From: Lytechinus pictus
Lineage: Eukaryota
Length of the DNA stretch: 60,000 bases
Assembly (NCBI RefSeq): GCF_037042905.1
Contig: NC_087251.1
Coordinates: 35,714,001-35,774,000, forward strand
Direction of reading: 5' to 3'
Both the position numbers and the translations under genes were made by a program. Every line of letters starts with the position of its first letter. Within the stretch, counting starts at the first letter, position 1. Of the stretch, positions 23,984 through 34,447 are shown piece by piece. The notes beneath the pieces were generated by a model. The model was not told where the DNA came from. It did not search any database and saw only the letters and a program-made list of their open reading frames with translations.

Positions 23984-26665
23984 CTAGATTTTAATTCGTC
24001 ATGAGGACCAATTAGATGGTCTGTCATGAATTTTCATTAAGTGTCGGCTAATGTTGTATGAAATGAATAATTTAGATATGATTGATAATCTTGATCATAG
24101 ACATCATAGGAATACATTTTGACCATTGCTAAATGTGATTATTAATGTGGTGATGACAACCGTGATGATTATAATGAAGATGGTGATAATGCAATACGGT
24201 AAATACGAAATGAAGTTCGGAGCACGTAAAACGCCTTAAAAACTCCTCAAAAATTTCAAACGATTTTACCGAAATTGGCTTTCCAAAATTGCGCAATGAA
24301 AGGCGCCTTAATTTTTTTACAGCAGCTAATTTTTACTCGACAGTTAGATGTTTTTTATTCAAAATCTTTTTACAAATTCTTTGTACTGTCCGCAATGTCA
24401 GTGGGTCACATTGTCAGTGGGTGTTAATTTCACAGAATTTCACTTGAAATTCATTGGTGATACTTTTTGAAAATAAATATCTTAAATATTTTTATTCAAG
24501 ATTTCTGCTAAATTTCAATAATTGTTTATGAGAAGTTTCACAATGCTACAATTTTACAGCATTCACTTCAAAACTCATCAGTGATGTTTTTGATTAAAGA
24601 ATTATGTAGATTTTTTTTTTAAGTTTGCAAAATTTCTGCAAATTTCTACACATTTTATATAAAAATTTTCGTCAAGAATATTCGATATCCATTAATTGTG
24701 TATGACTTTCACATTTACTTGAAAATTCTTTCTTGATGATTTTTAATGAAAAAAGTCAGATAAAAGATTCAAATACCGGCGATTTTCCCGCAAAATCTCA
24801 GCAAAATGTGTTATTAACTAAATTGCACAATGTTTCATTTCACAGAAGGTACCTGAAAATGTGTTATACGTCATATTTAGTAAAAATGACCAAATAGAAA
24901 AAAAATACGGAAAATTCCGCAAAATGTCCGAAATGAAATTTTTCAACCCAAGAGCATTTCAATATTGCAGCGTTTACTAAAAAATACATAAATCATGTTT
25001 TACAATGTTAAAATGACCCCTTAAAATGATCCGGCAAAATTCAAAAAAATGTCCTGAATAGAAGTACGCTAAGTAAGTGGACTTCAAATTTTCAACAAGT
25101 ACGTCTAATTAACTTATAAGAATTTTCCACCAAAAATTTCTCAAAAATTAGGTCCAGAAAAATATCGAGAAAATTTCAACAAGTCATTACACATTGATGC
25201 TGTAGTCAAAAGTGAAAATTATTTTTCGACTACATCATATCAAAATTGAGGAGAAAACCGAGAAAAACGAAGATAAAGCCAAATATAAATACATACATTG
25301 ACGTATTGCGGAATTTTTTTTTTAACTTCGAACGTAATTTTGACTTCATCACAAAATCTCCAAATAAGATATTGACTATATCCAAGAGTGAGGAAAAATT
25401 GGGGGTCCCCGTTCTTTCCGATGAGCTACAGTAAATTTTATATAGGCATATTTTTGCCCATTTATGACTTATTTTGCGAGTTTGCACGCGCGAGTAATGC
25501 AAATTTGAATGGACGCGCATTCCCGTATTATTGGTCGTAAGAGGCTGAGTGAGGTATCAAATTAATCAGAAGATAATGGACAATGGACAGACATAATAAA
25601 GCAATATTGACTGGCCTCGGGGCGATACGACATATATCGCCCAAACTAGATTTATATCGCCCGAGTCGTAGACGAGGGTGATATCAATTTAGTGTGGGCG
25701 ATATATGTCCTTTCGCCCCCAGGCCAGTCAATATTGCTATTATTAACCAAATCAGACATCTAGAGAAAAAAAAATCGTTAAAATTTAGACATTTTAAAGT
25801 TTAAGAATGAGAATCTAGTTTGTCACGTTGAGCAGACTGGGCCTCTAAACTTTACCATTGTGACGTAATTGAAATGACGCATCCCTGGCCTAGGGACAAT
25901 GTATCCAGCGTTGTCTCAACTTGATTACCATTATGACGTATAGCACTGCGCGGACGTACAAAAACGCGTAGAATACCCGGATGTTAGCTCTCTGCCTATT
26001 GCCCGCTACATTTCCACGCATTTTCTCATTGACTTTCCTGAGCGGGCAATAAATTGGGCCCGTGGATAAACAATTGGAAATTTATTGACCGGCCATTTGA
26101 TCCCAGTCTTAAGCAGGCAATAATGTATCAAAGTTGCCCTGCTCAGATGTCTGATACGGTTAATAATATAAATTATGACTCGGAGATGCATACTGATGGT
26201 AGGTGCAAGAACGCGCATACCTGTGCGCGTGCAAATTGTTGAAATGCTCAAAATGACCTGAAACGTACCCAAACTTGACCACGGTCGATTTGGGGAATTT
26301 TAAAATTTTGACGCGGGCGTACGTGCGCGTCATGACCTTTGCATGACCTCTGATGACATGTCCTGATGACCTGTCACCTGAATTTGATATGATGCAAATA
26401 TGGATGAATTTGATGATTTGTTGCGATGATATGATCAATCATTTCATTTTACCAAAATGGCGCCTAGATGACGTCATCATGATTTGATAACCTTGAAAAG
26501 CTTTGCTGGACATGTCCATAATGATGTCCATACATTACATGAAATTCAGGAAAATTGACATGCGCGATTTTGAGATAAAGTGGGAACAAAATTTGGCAAT
26601 AAAAATAAAGAAAATTCTGACGAATATAAAAGGTGATCTGTCATATTCATGACAGACCACCTAAT
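23984..26665 (-). mobile_element. Non-autonomous Helentron-like (HINE/DINE-1-type) element, ~2.7 kb
   Basis: Absent from copies 2 and 4. Subterminal inverted repeats: TAGATGGTCTGTCATGAA (~24013) and TTCATGACAGACCACCTA (~26646). There is a hairpin at each end. The minus strand ends in CTAG followed by T's, in a T-rich target without a TSD. Confidence 0.8.
25593..26167. mobile_element. Nested ~575-bp element with a ~150-bp terminal hairpin and asymmetric 23-bp inverted repeats
   Basis: Palindrome at 25593-25744. ATTATTAACCAAATCAGACATCT (~25739) pairs with AGATGTCTGATACGGTTAATAAT (26145-26167). Confidence 0.7.
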
Positions 26666-27396
26666 AAATAAATAAATAAAGCATCGTTGTTGTACATGTT
26701 CATTGCAGTTCTAAAATGATGAATGAATGGGAGCGGCTAAATTGTAAAAAAGTAAAACATCTGGAATGTCAAAATATTGAAGCCCGATAATGAAGTTCTG
26801 AAGTAGATAATTTGATTGTTTATCGCCCGTCTGCGATTTTTCTCCTACCATGCCTACCAACTTTTCTCCCCGGGCGTCAAAATATCAAAAAGCTATTACA
26901 CAATAACTGACAACGGCACGTGTAACCATGGTAACTGTGATAATCCTTGCGCATACAATCACGGCAAGGTTTTGGGTTCGAATATGAACCAAGCAATATG
27001 AAAAATTTATTCCTTTTTGATAAAATTTGAGGCGAGACTCTGAACAAAATAAAAGTAGTTACAATCGTGCTTACAAAAAGTTATAGAATGTCCTGGTTTT
27101 AGGTCTAAATCTCAAAATATTGGCGGATGGCCTGGCCCGGCATTCACTATTTTCTTGCCAGACCGTCGATCCACTCCCTCGAGTCAAGGAGGTAATTCTC
27201 CTTGCTCAAGTCTATCGCTTTTTCATTCATCATTGTTTGCAAGTATGTCATTTTTAGATCGTTACCACAATTTTGTAAAGTTTAAATCTACGCGCATGCG
27301 TACATTTATTCCGAAGACGAAACTCATGAATATTCATAATGGGGTCCGGAGCTCCTGTGGGCAAAATAATTTCGCGGCTCGGATCCAGGGGGTGAA

Positions 27397-28995
27397 CAGC
27401 GGCGTAACAGGGGTCGGTGGCCAGGGGGGGGGGCAAGAGCCAAAATTTCCCGGTCATATCATGGAACAGGCAATGGCGTCATAAGGCAAAAATTTAGAGG
27501 GGGGCGATATGGCGTATCGGGCAAATATATTTATATATATATATATATAAACGAGCGAGCGAGCAAAAAATTTTGACATTTTTATTGCAAAAATCCAATG
27601 TTGTGATAGATTTTGACATAATGTTAAAAAGATGATATCATATTCACCCTCCTCTCTTTCCTTTTTTCTCTCTTTTTTGTACGCCAGGGTGAACAGGATT
27701 TTTGTTATGATTGTGAGCATCAGGGCGAAGCTCTATATGCTTGAGGGGGCCGAGTATGGCGCTTCTGGCAAGAAGTAGCTTAATATAGGTCCCGAGCGAG
27801 CGAAGCGAGCGAGATAAAAAAATCACCTTTTCATGAGAATCTAACATGCAGATAGATTTTAACGTGATATTCAGAAAAATATAATATACTTTCCTTTCTT
27901 TCGTCATTTTTTTTTTTTGGGTTGTAGAACTTTTGGGGGCCATGGTCCAAACTCATCCATATAACAGTGCTTTATGGGTGGGGTCCAGGGCAGAGCCCCG
28001 GAACCTCTTGATATCAAAGCCATTTTAAACCTTACAGATGGCCACTTATTTTAATCAAATTGCGTGTATATTTATATAGCTTTAACACAACACATAAATT
28101 CAATGCAGTTGTGTATCGTAATCATCCAAATATTGTGAGGGGCACACCATAGCAAATGTGGAAAAATTGGTAAAAAGTCGCCAGCGAGCGAAGCGAGCCA
28201 GAAAAAAAATGGCCTGTTAAACTAAAATTCTAATTATGTGATTAATTTTTACATCATTATAGCAAATATCATGTCATGTATTTTTTTTCATTCATCTCAT
28301 TTTGCTGCCTCCTTTATTTTCTTTTCCGGCCCTTGGCTGTGAAACCACCCCCCCCCCCCCCGTACGCCAGTGCTTCAACGCAAAGCTTAATGCAGGAAGG
28401 GTCCATATAGGGGCCCGTTATAGAACCCATTAAAGGTTACAGATGAAGAGCCCCCACTGCAAGGGGTCTTGACTCTTGGACAGAGCCTTTGGAGATTTAG
28501 CAAGTTTATGATAGACTTTCATACGAAATTTTGCTATATACCATCCATTTTTCTTCCCGCTCGTTATCTCAATCCTCGGCAGCCCGGTAGTGTACGTTAT
28601 CTTGTCCCTATTCTTTATTTTCCAATTTAGATTTTTGCTAATTCCATTCTGCCTTTATTTCCCGCTTTTGTTTGCCTTTTTTGTCATCTTTAATTTATTT
28701 CTTTGTCTTACTAATCATGCTAATGTATTTGTATATCGGGGCGAATTGTTCTTTCTCACTTGTTCTTTTTTTCTTCCTTTTCCCGTTATCTTTCCGTTTT
28801 CCCTTTTTATGTTTTTTCTTAGTTTTCTTTTCCCTTTTCCTTTTCCTTTCCCCTTCCCCTTTTTTCTTTCCTTTTCCTTTCCCTTTCTTCCCCCCTTTTT
28901 TTCTTTTTCCCTTTTTTTATTTATTTGCCCGGTGAGCTCCGCCAGGGGGGCAGCTTGCCCCCCCTGCTCCCCCCCCCCCGCCTGTTACGCCACTG
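27397..28995. mobile_element. hAT-type MITE (1599 bp) with 8-bp TSD GGGGTGAA
   Basis: TIRs CAGCGGCGTAACAGG and CCTGTTACGCCACTG. TSD at 27389-27396 and 28996-29003. Empty site at ~36727. Confidence 0.93.
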
Positions 28996-29306
28996 GGGGT
29001 GAATGAGTTCCCATTCCCATCCCCGTAAAAAAAAAGAAACACACCGCAATATAGGATGAAAACTGCAATTTAGACACAAATAGCGATTCGTTTGCCTGAT
29101 TTTGATAACCGTCCATGTGACGCATTTTGCTTGTCTGTGTCAATAGAGATGAAAATCCATTCTAATCAAGCCCCTGCTTCTTCATTTTTTATGTTTTGTT
29201 GTGGTTTATGTAGTGATGGTTTGTTTTTTTGCTATGTGTTTGCTTGTGCAGAGGTGTGTTTGATTCCATGTTAATGTTGATGTTAAGGTGCATGAAAACA
29301 ATTAAA

Positions 29307-29930
29307 AGAAACCGCTGAGAAACTCACTCATCACCACGGAAAAAAGAACAGTGACTTTCAATATTGTGTCATTTTGCAACTTTTGAATTTCGACCTTGCC
29401 CCACATTTCAAGGCACTGCACCTCCACGTGAACCATAATCATATCATATAGGTATCATTTTGAAGAGAATTAAATGATCTACAATTCATTGATATTAATA
29501 ACACATTGATATTTACTAAAACCGAGGAGGGATTATCGATCAAAGTCAAAAGAAACCGCTGAGAAACTCACTCATCACCACGGATAAAAGAACAATGACT
29601 CTTAATATTGTGTCATTTTGCAACTTTTGAATTTTGACCTTGCCCTACATTTCAAGGCACTGCACCTCCACGTGAACCATAATCATATCATATAGGTATC
29701 ATTTTAAAGAGAATTATATGATCTATAATTCATTGATATTAATAACACATTGATATTTACTAAAACCGAGGAGGGATTATCGATCAAAGTCAAAAGAAAC
29801 CGCTGAGAAACTCACTCATCACCACGGAAAAACGAACAGTGACTCTTAATATTGTGTCATTTTGCAACTTTTGAATTTTGACCTTGCCCTACATTTCAAG
29901 GCACTGCACCTCCATGTGAACCATAATCAT
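29307..29930. repeat. ~243-bp tandem repeat (about 2.6 copies), remnant of the element seen intact at 38993-40343
   Basis: AAAGAAACCGCTGAGAAACTCACTCATC recurs at ~29307, ~29549 and ~29793. Confidence 0.9.
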
Positions 29931-30078
29931 GATTCATGATTTTGCCCCCCATCCCAATCTGAAAAATGGATCGACGCCCCTGGACTCTAGATCTAGAAAT
30001 CTATAGCCTATATAGCCCTAGGCCTAAGCTACTATAAAAAAAAAACATTTGAAAAGCCCATGGAAGCCATTTTTTTAT

Positions 30079-30950
30079 ATACACACTCACCTTAACACCC
30101 ACACACACATGCACATACCATGCATACGTAAACAAACATAATATATACAAATCTGCATATGAACGTTTAAATTTTTTTGTGAAATAGGATACAGAAAGAA
30201 AACCTGCAAATCTTATTGATACAAGAGAAGGGGAAATGGAAAATTACTAGTAAAAAGAGGAGAGAAAAATCATCAACATTCACACAAGGATTCACACTCG
30301 CACCACACTAGACGCATCCCACCTGTTCACGTTCAAATCTCTTTTCACCTTCAGTTCATCCCATTTCTGTAAATGTAAACTTAACTTAACTTAACTTTAT
30401 TGAACTATTAAAATTTTTCCAACTTGTTGGTATAGCGTGCACAATATCTATTATTTGGAGAAGTTGATTTGCGGTAATACTGAGATTTTGAAAAAAAGTC
30501 ACAGGCTTCAAGTGGCCATTATCAAAAATGTGATCAACGCTAAATATTCCTTTATTGAAAAGATCATTGTCAAAAATCGTTTTACCTTTTATACAAATAT
30601 GTTGATTATTGAATATAATAGGGTTAACCTCCTCTTCAGAATAACGATATTTCCTTAAGTCTTGCCAAGCCTTCATCATTTCTGAATAAAATTGTGGTAT
30701 TTTTATATTTAATTTTGAAGTGTCAAAAGTCACATAGAAACAGAAATCTCCCCCAACTGATCGAAAACAAAAATCAAAATACAACTTCCATCCTGCATCC
30801 CGTTCTCCGTAAAGTAATCGTTTAAGCCACATAAAACGTTGAGACTTTACAAACAACTTAAAATTCATCATTTTGAAACCTCCTTGTGAGTAATCCTGGT
30901 ACATTATAATTCTCTTTATCCGATCTTTTCCTGACCATAAAAAATCAAAA
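30079..30950 (-). pseudogene. L1/Tx1-clade LINE ORF2 C-terminal fragment, internally deleted
   Basis: Translates to FDFLWSGKDRIKR...YQDYSQGGFKMMNF...WLKRLL...W. Relative to 41282-43102 it lacks ~620 bp at 30390 and the 3' end. Confidence 0.85.
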
Positions 30951-31273
30951 TAATATTACCCCCTACACACACACACACCTTGATAAAGAAAAAGGACTCC
31001 TACCCCCTGTAATGCCACAGGTAATTGCTGCTAGTGCAAAATAATGATTCTAAGCGGTGTACATTAGAAGAATAATATGATATAGGCAAGCATGTGAGCA
31101 CAAAAATTTTGATTATGCTAATTTCAAGCTTTAGGTTGTGTAAAATATTTGATTTCTTTCTTCAAAATAAACTAGGAACTGAATTGAATTGAACGCCTCG
31201 CTGATCTCGACGAGACACCGTCTTTTTGTTTAAAGGTAAACCATGGCGGTATAGCAATGGTGAAACCTTCTTT

Positions 31274-31290
31274 GGGAATTCCCACTTCCT
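31274..31290. promoter_or_regulatory. Overlapping NF-kB-like (GGGAATTCCC), Su(H)/CSL-like (GTGGGAA, minus strand) and ETS-like (AGGAAGT, minus strand) sites; also 43426-43442, 55735-55751 and diverged 38555-38571
   Basis: GGGAATTCCCACTTCCT is seen directly and is retained with one change in the older diverged paralog. Function is unproven. Confidence 0.35.
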
Positions 31291-32251
31291 ACTAGTTCGT
31301 ACCATACCATGCGAGGGTCAACACATTTGCGCAATTTTTAGACGCCATTTTCGAGTCGTAAATTACCGGAGAAATCATTTCCTTCTTCATCAGAATGGTT
31401 GTCTTTTCGCGTGTCTAAGACTTTATATATGATTCTGATTCGGGAATCTGATATAATTGTGACGGTGTGGCTTCTGTTTAAGGTCATCTTTCATTTAAAA
31501 TTGGATTGGTGGATAGATTGAGCATTACTTTGGCTGAGCAGTGCCGGATTCATACAGACCAATTTGACAGTCATTCATTTATGATCGGCAGCCTCTGGGG
31601 TAGATGGTAGACCGGGCTCAATCTATCAATCACAAAAGTAAGTTATTAAGGGATTATATAGATCATTATTATCATTCTACAATAATTATTTAGAGGGTTG
31701 CACACACTATAATGATTTTTAAGTTGATCCCTCCATTTTCTCAGATCTTTATAATGTTTATGATAACTTGCTTTTATAATACTTTGTTTTACTTCTGAAT
31801 ACTGTACCTACCTCTTTCTATATTGTTTGTTTAAGTTTCATTTCCAAATGTCATTGTGATTATATACAACCATTTTATTTTGTTCTGTTGAAAATGAAAT
31901 AAAACATTTTGAATTTGAATATGTCTTGCTCCTAGCTTGAGAATAACATTTACAATTAGACACTTTCAAGAGATTAAACACTTGCGTATACCTGACGGGA
32001 CAGGAGATTGCTAGAGCCCCTCCCCCAAACACACGCACACAAACACAAGTTTTGTTTAATTTTTCGCCTCCGTCGTCGTTTTTTTTCCCCTCTTTGCCCC
32101 TCCTCACGAGGTTTTTTTTCAGGTACGCCACGGAACCATTTTTTTTTCAGGATATTCGTGATAATGATATTCGTTTGCATGTAAAATAATGACATCTTTT
32201 TTAATTTCTGTCGTAATTCCACAAAAGTTATAAGCACAATACATCTTCAAT

Positions 32252-33254
32252 CAGTGGCGTACCGTGGGTCACGGCATTTGGGGGGGCACCAGCAAAAATT
32301 CTGAGTCACTAAGTGAGCGCGCAAAGCGCGCCCAGTTGCCAGGTATACTGACCTAATAGACATTTTAAGGACAGTACGTGCCATTAAACGGATATGTCTC
32401 TCACTGGTCAAATAATGCGAGCGCGAAGCGCGAGCTTAAAATTTTTGATATTCAGACATAAAAAGGGACATTATAATCAATCTTTTGTAATCATGATACG
32501 TACCTGTCTCGCTACATAATGCGAGCGCGAAGCGCGAGCTGAAATTTTTGTAAATATTGACCCGAAAACAGGAAGATTTTAAGGACTATATTTTAGGAAT
32601 CCATTAAGAGCATACACATCTCACCATAGTCATCTAATGCGAGTGCCAATAAGCGCTTGCTGATTTTGTTAGAATTCCACCTAAACATGCACATAAAGAA
32701 CTTGTAATCATGATTAACATACCCATCTCACTAATCAAATCTTGCGAGCGCGAAGCCTGAACTGAAAATTTAGGAAATTCAGACCTGAAGAGGGGCATTT
32801 TAAGGCTTGTTTGTAGGAATTCACGAAGACAATACGTAGTTAACTAACCAAACGATGCGAGCTGAAAATTTTTTTAAGGACTGATTCTAGGAATTCATGG
32901 AGAGCAGACATTATTTCACCAATCCACTACTGCGAACGTAAGCACGGACAGGAAATGTTTTATATTAAGACCTTAAAATGGGGCAATCACTTTAAGTAGT
33001 CATGAAAAAGAAGCATACTATTGTACATAAAACAATAATAACTCGAAGTGCAAGGAAATATATTTGGCAGTTTGGTGTATATTGACTTGAAAACGGGAGG
33101 TTTTCATTATAATGAACAATAATGTCTTCTTTCCCATTTAGTTTCTCTTCCTCTTTTTCTCCTTTACCCCGTTTTTTTTTTTTTTTTTTTTTTTGGTCAG
33201 CCGATTGGGGGGGGGGGCACGTGCCCCCCATGCCCCCCCGTAGTTACGCCACTG
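32252..33254. mobile_element. hAT-type MITE (1003 bp) with 8-bp TSD TCTTCAAT
   Basis: Termini CAGTGGCGTA...TACGCCACTG. TSD at 32244-32251 and 33255-33262. Empty sites at ~44404 and ~56698. Confidence 0.93.
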
Positions 33255-34179
33255 TCTTCAATGAATCACAATATGTTAAATTGACAACAATTCCGCAATT
33301 ACAAGGATGAATCAAACCTTGTTTAACGTTTTTATGAGGAAAGAAATTAAGACATTTCATATGATAATAATAGAAAAAAAATAAAGTGAGTGATGACATC
33401 GTCTCTCCATTTGCATAATTATCATTGTGGTTGAGTTGTGTATTTAACTAATTGTTCTGTGAAAAATAAGTTTATGGTATAATGTCATTATTTTTAAATC
33501 AATATCGATTTAAATGAATTTTTCAGCAAAATGCTTTGAGATTCTCTTTCTTCAAATCATATTTTGGCTTGGGTGAACTTGACAGCTAAAGATTGATACC
33601 CATTTTTTTGTCCACAAAACCATCCTCTTTTGTTGTAGACCCACTCTATCTCGGGATGGGTGAAGGTAGAATTTGGCAGAATTTTGTATTCTCTATAAAT
33701 AGATGTACGAAGTCTGCAAAATAGGTCCTCCATAATTTACTATATGTGACTTGATTTGCATTACTATTTTGTCAAAACTATTACAGGTTTATTCTGGTAT
33801 TTAATCAAAACAACAGGGTCATTGTATACCTTTCTAATATTTTATATTCATCAGTACGTCTTATGCTATTTGCCCTTATTATGATTGTGTAGGCGCGGTT
33901 CTAGATTAAAGATTTTGGTGGGGCTTGAGAAATCTTCGATGTTGGTTTATTCAGTACATTGGAAATAGCCCATCGTGGGCAGCACTATCCTGATCTGACC
34001 AAGCCGCTAGTCCCCGCCCCAGCCCCCCAAAATCCCTAATATTATGCGACGGAGCGTATCGACCGAGCCAAAAAAAATCACAATTTTGAAATGCTTGAGT
34101 ATGTTGAGAACGTTTTTCATAACCATTTAATCTACTTGTGTAACACCAATCATGTCGTGAGTGCTGTTATACACGTTGA

Positions 34180-34447
34180 CACTGGCGTACATAACAAAAT
34201 AAAAAATAAAAATCGCACGTCCAAGGAAAAAAAAGAGAAAAGGAAAAAAAAAAAGGGTGAAATATGATATCATTTTATGATATTATGTCAAAATCTATCA
34301 CAAAATTTGATTTTTGTAATAAAAATTGCGACATTTTTGCTCGCTCGCTTCGCTCACTTGCAAATTCTATATACATATATATATATATAAATCTTACGCG
34401 ATACGCCATATCGAACCCCCTCAATTTTTTTTCTCATTACGCCACTG
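34180..34447. mobile_element. Old degenerate CAGTGGCGTA-family MITE (also ~45333-45612; mostly deleted in copies 1 and 4)
   Basis: CACTGGCGTAC...TACGCCACTG termini and internal GCTCGCTCGCTTCGCTC motif. No TSD is recognisable. Confidence 0.55.

Noticed and set aside
26717..26802. Possible C/D-box snoRNA (ATGATGA...CTGA)
   Set aside because: The terminal stem is weak, I recognise no rRNA guide, and copy 2 deletes part of the putative guide. A snoscan or Rfam search would settle it.
28590..29006. Phe-rich ORFs resembling membrane proteins
   Set aside because: They come from a pyrimidine-rich low-complexity tract inside a MITE.
29983..30030. Cluster of short palindromes (TCTAGATCTAGA, TAGGCCTA) resembling a polylinker
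   Set aside because: It is present with natural variation in two copies (also ~40480) and has no vector context.
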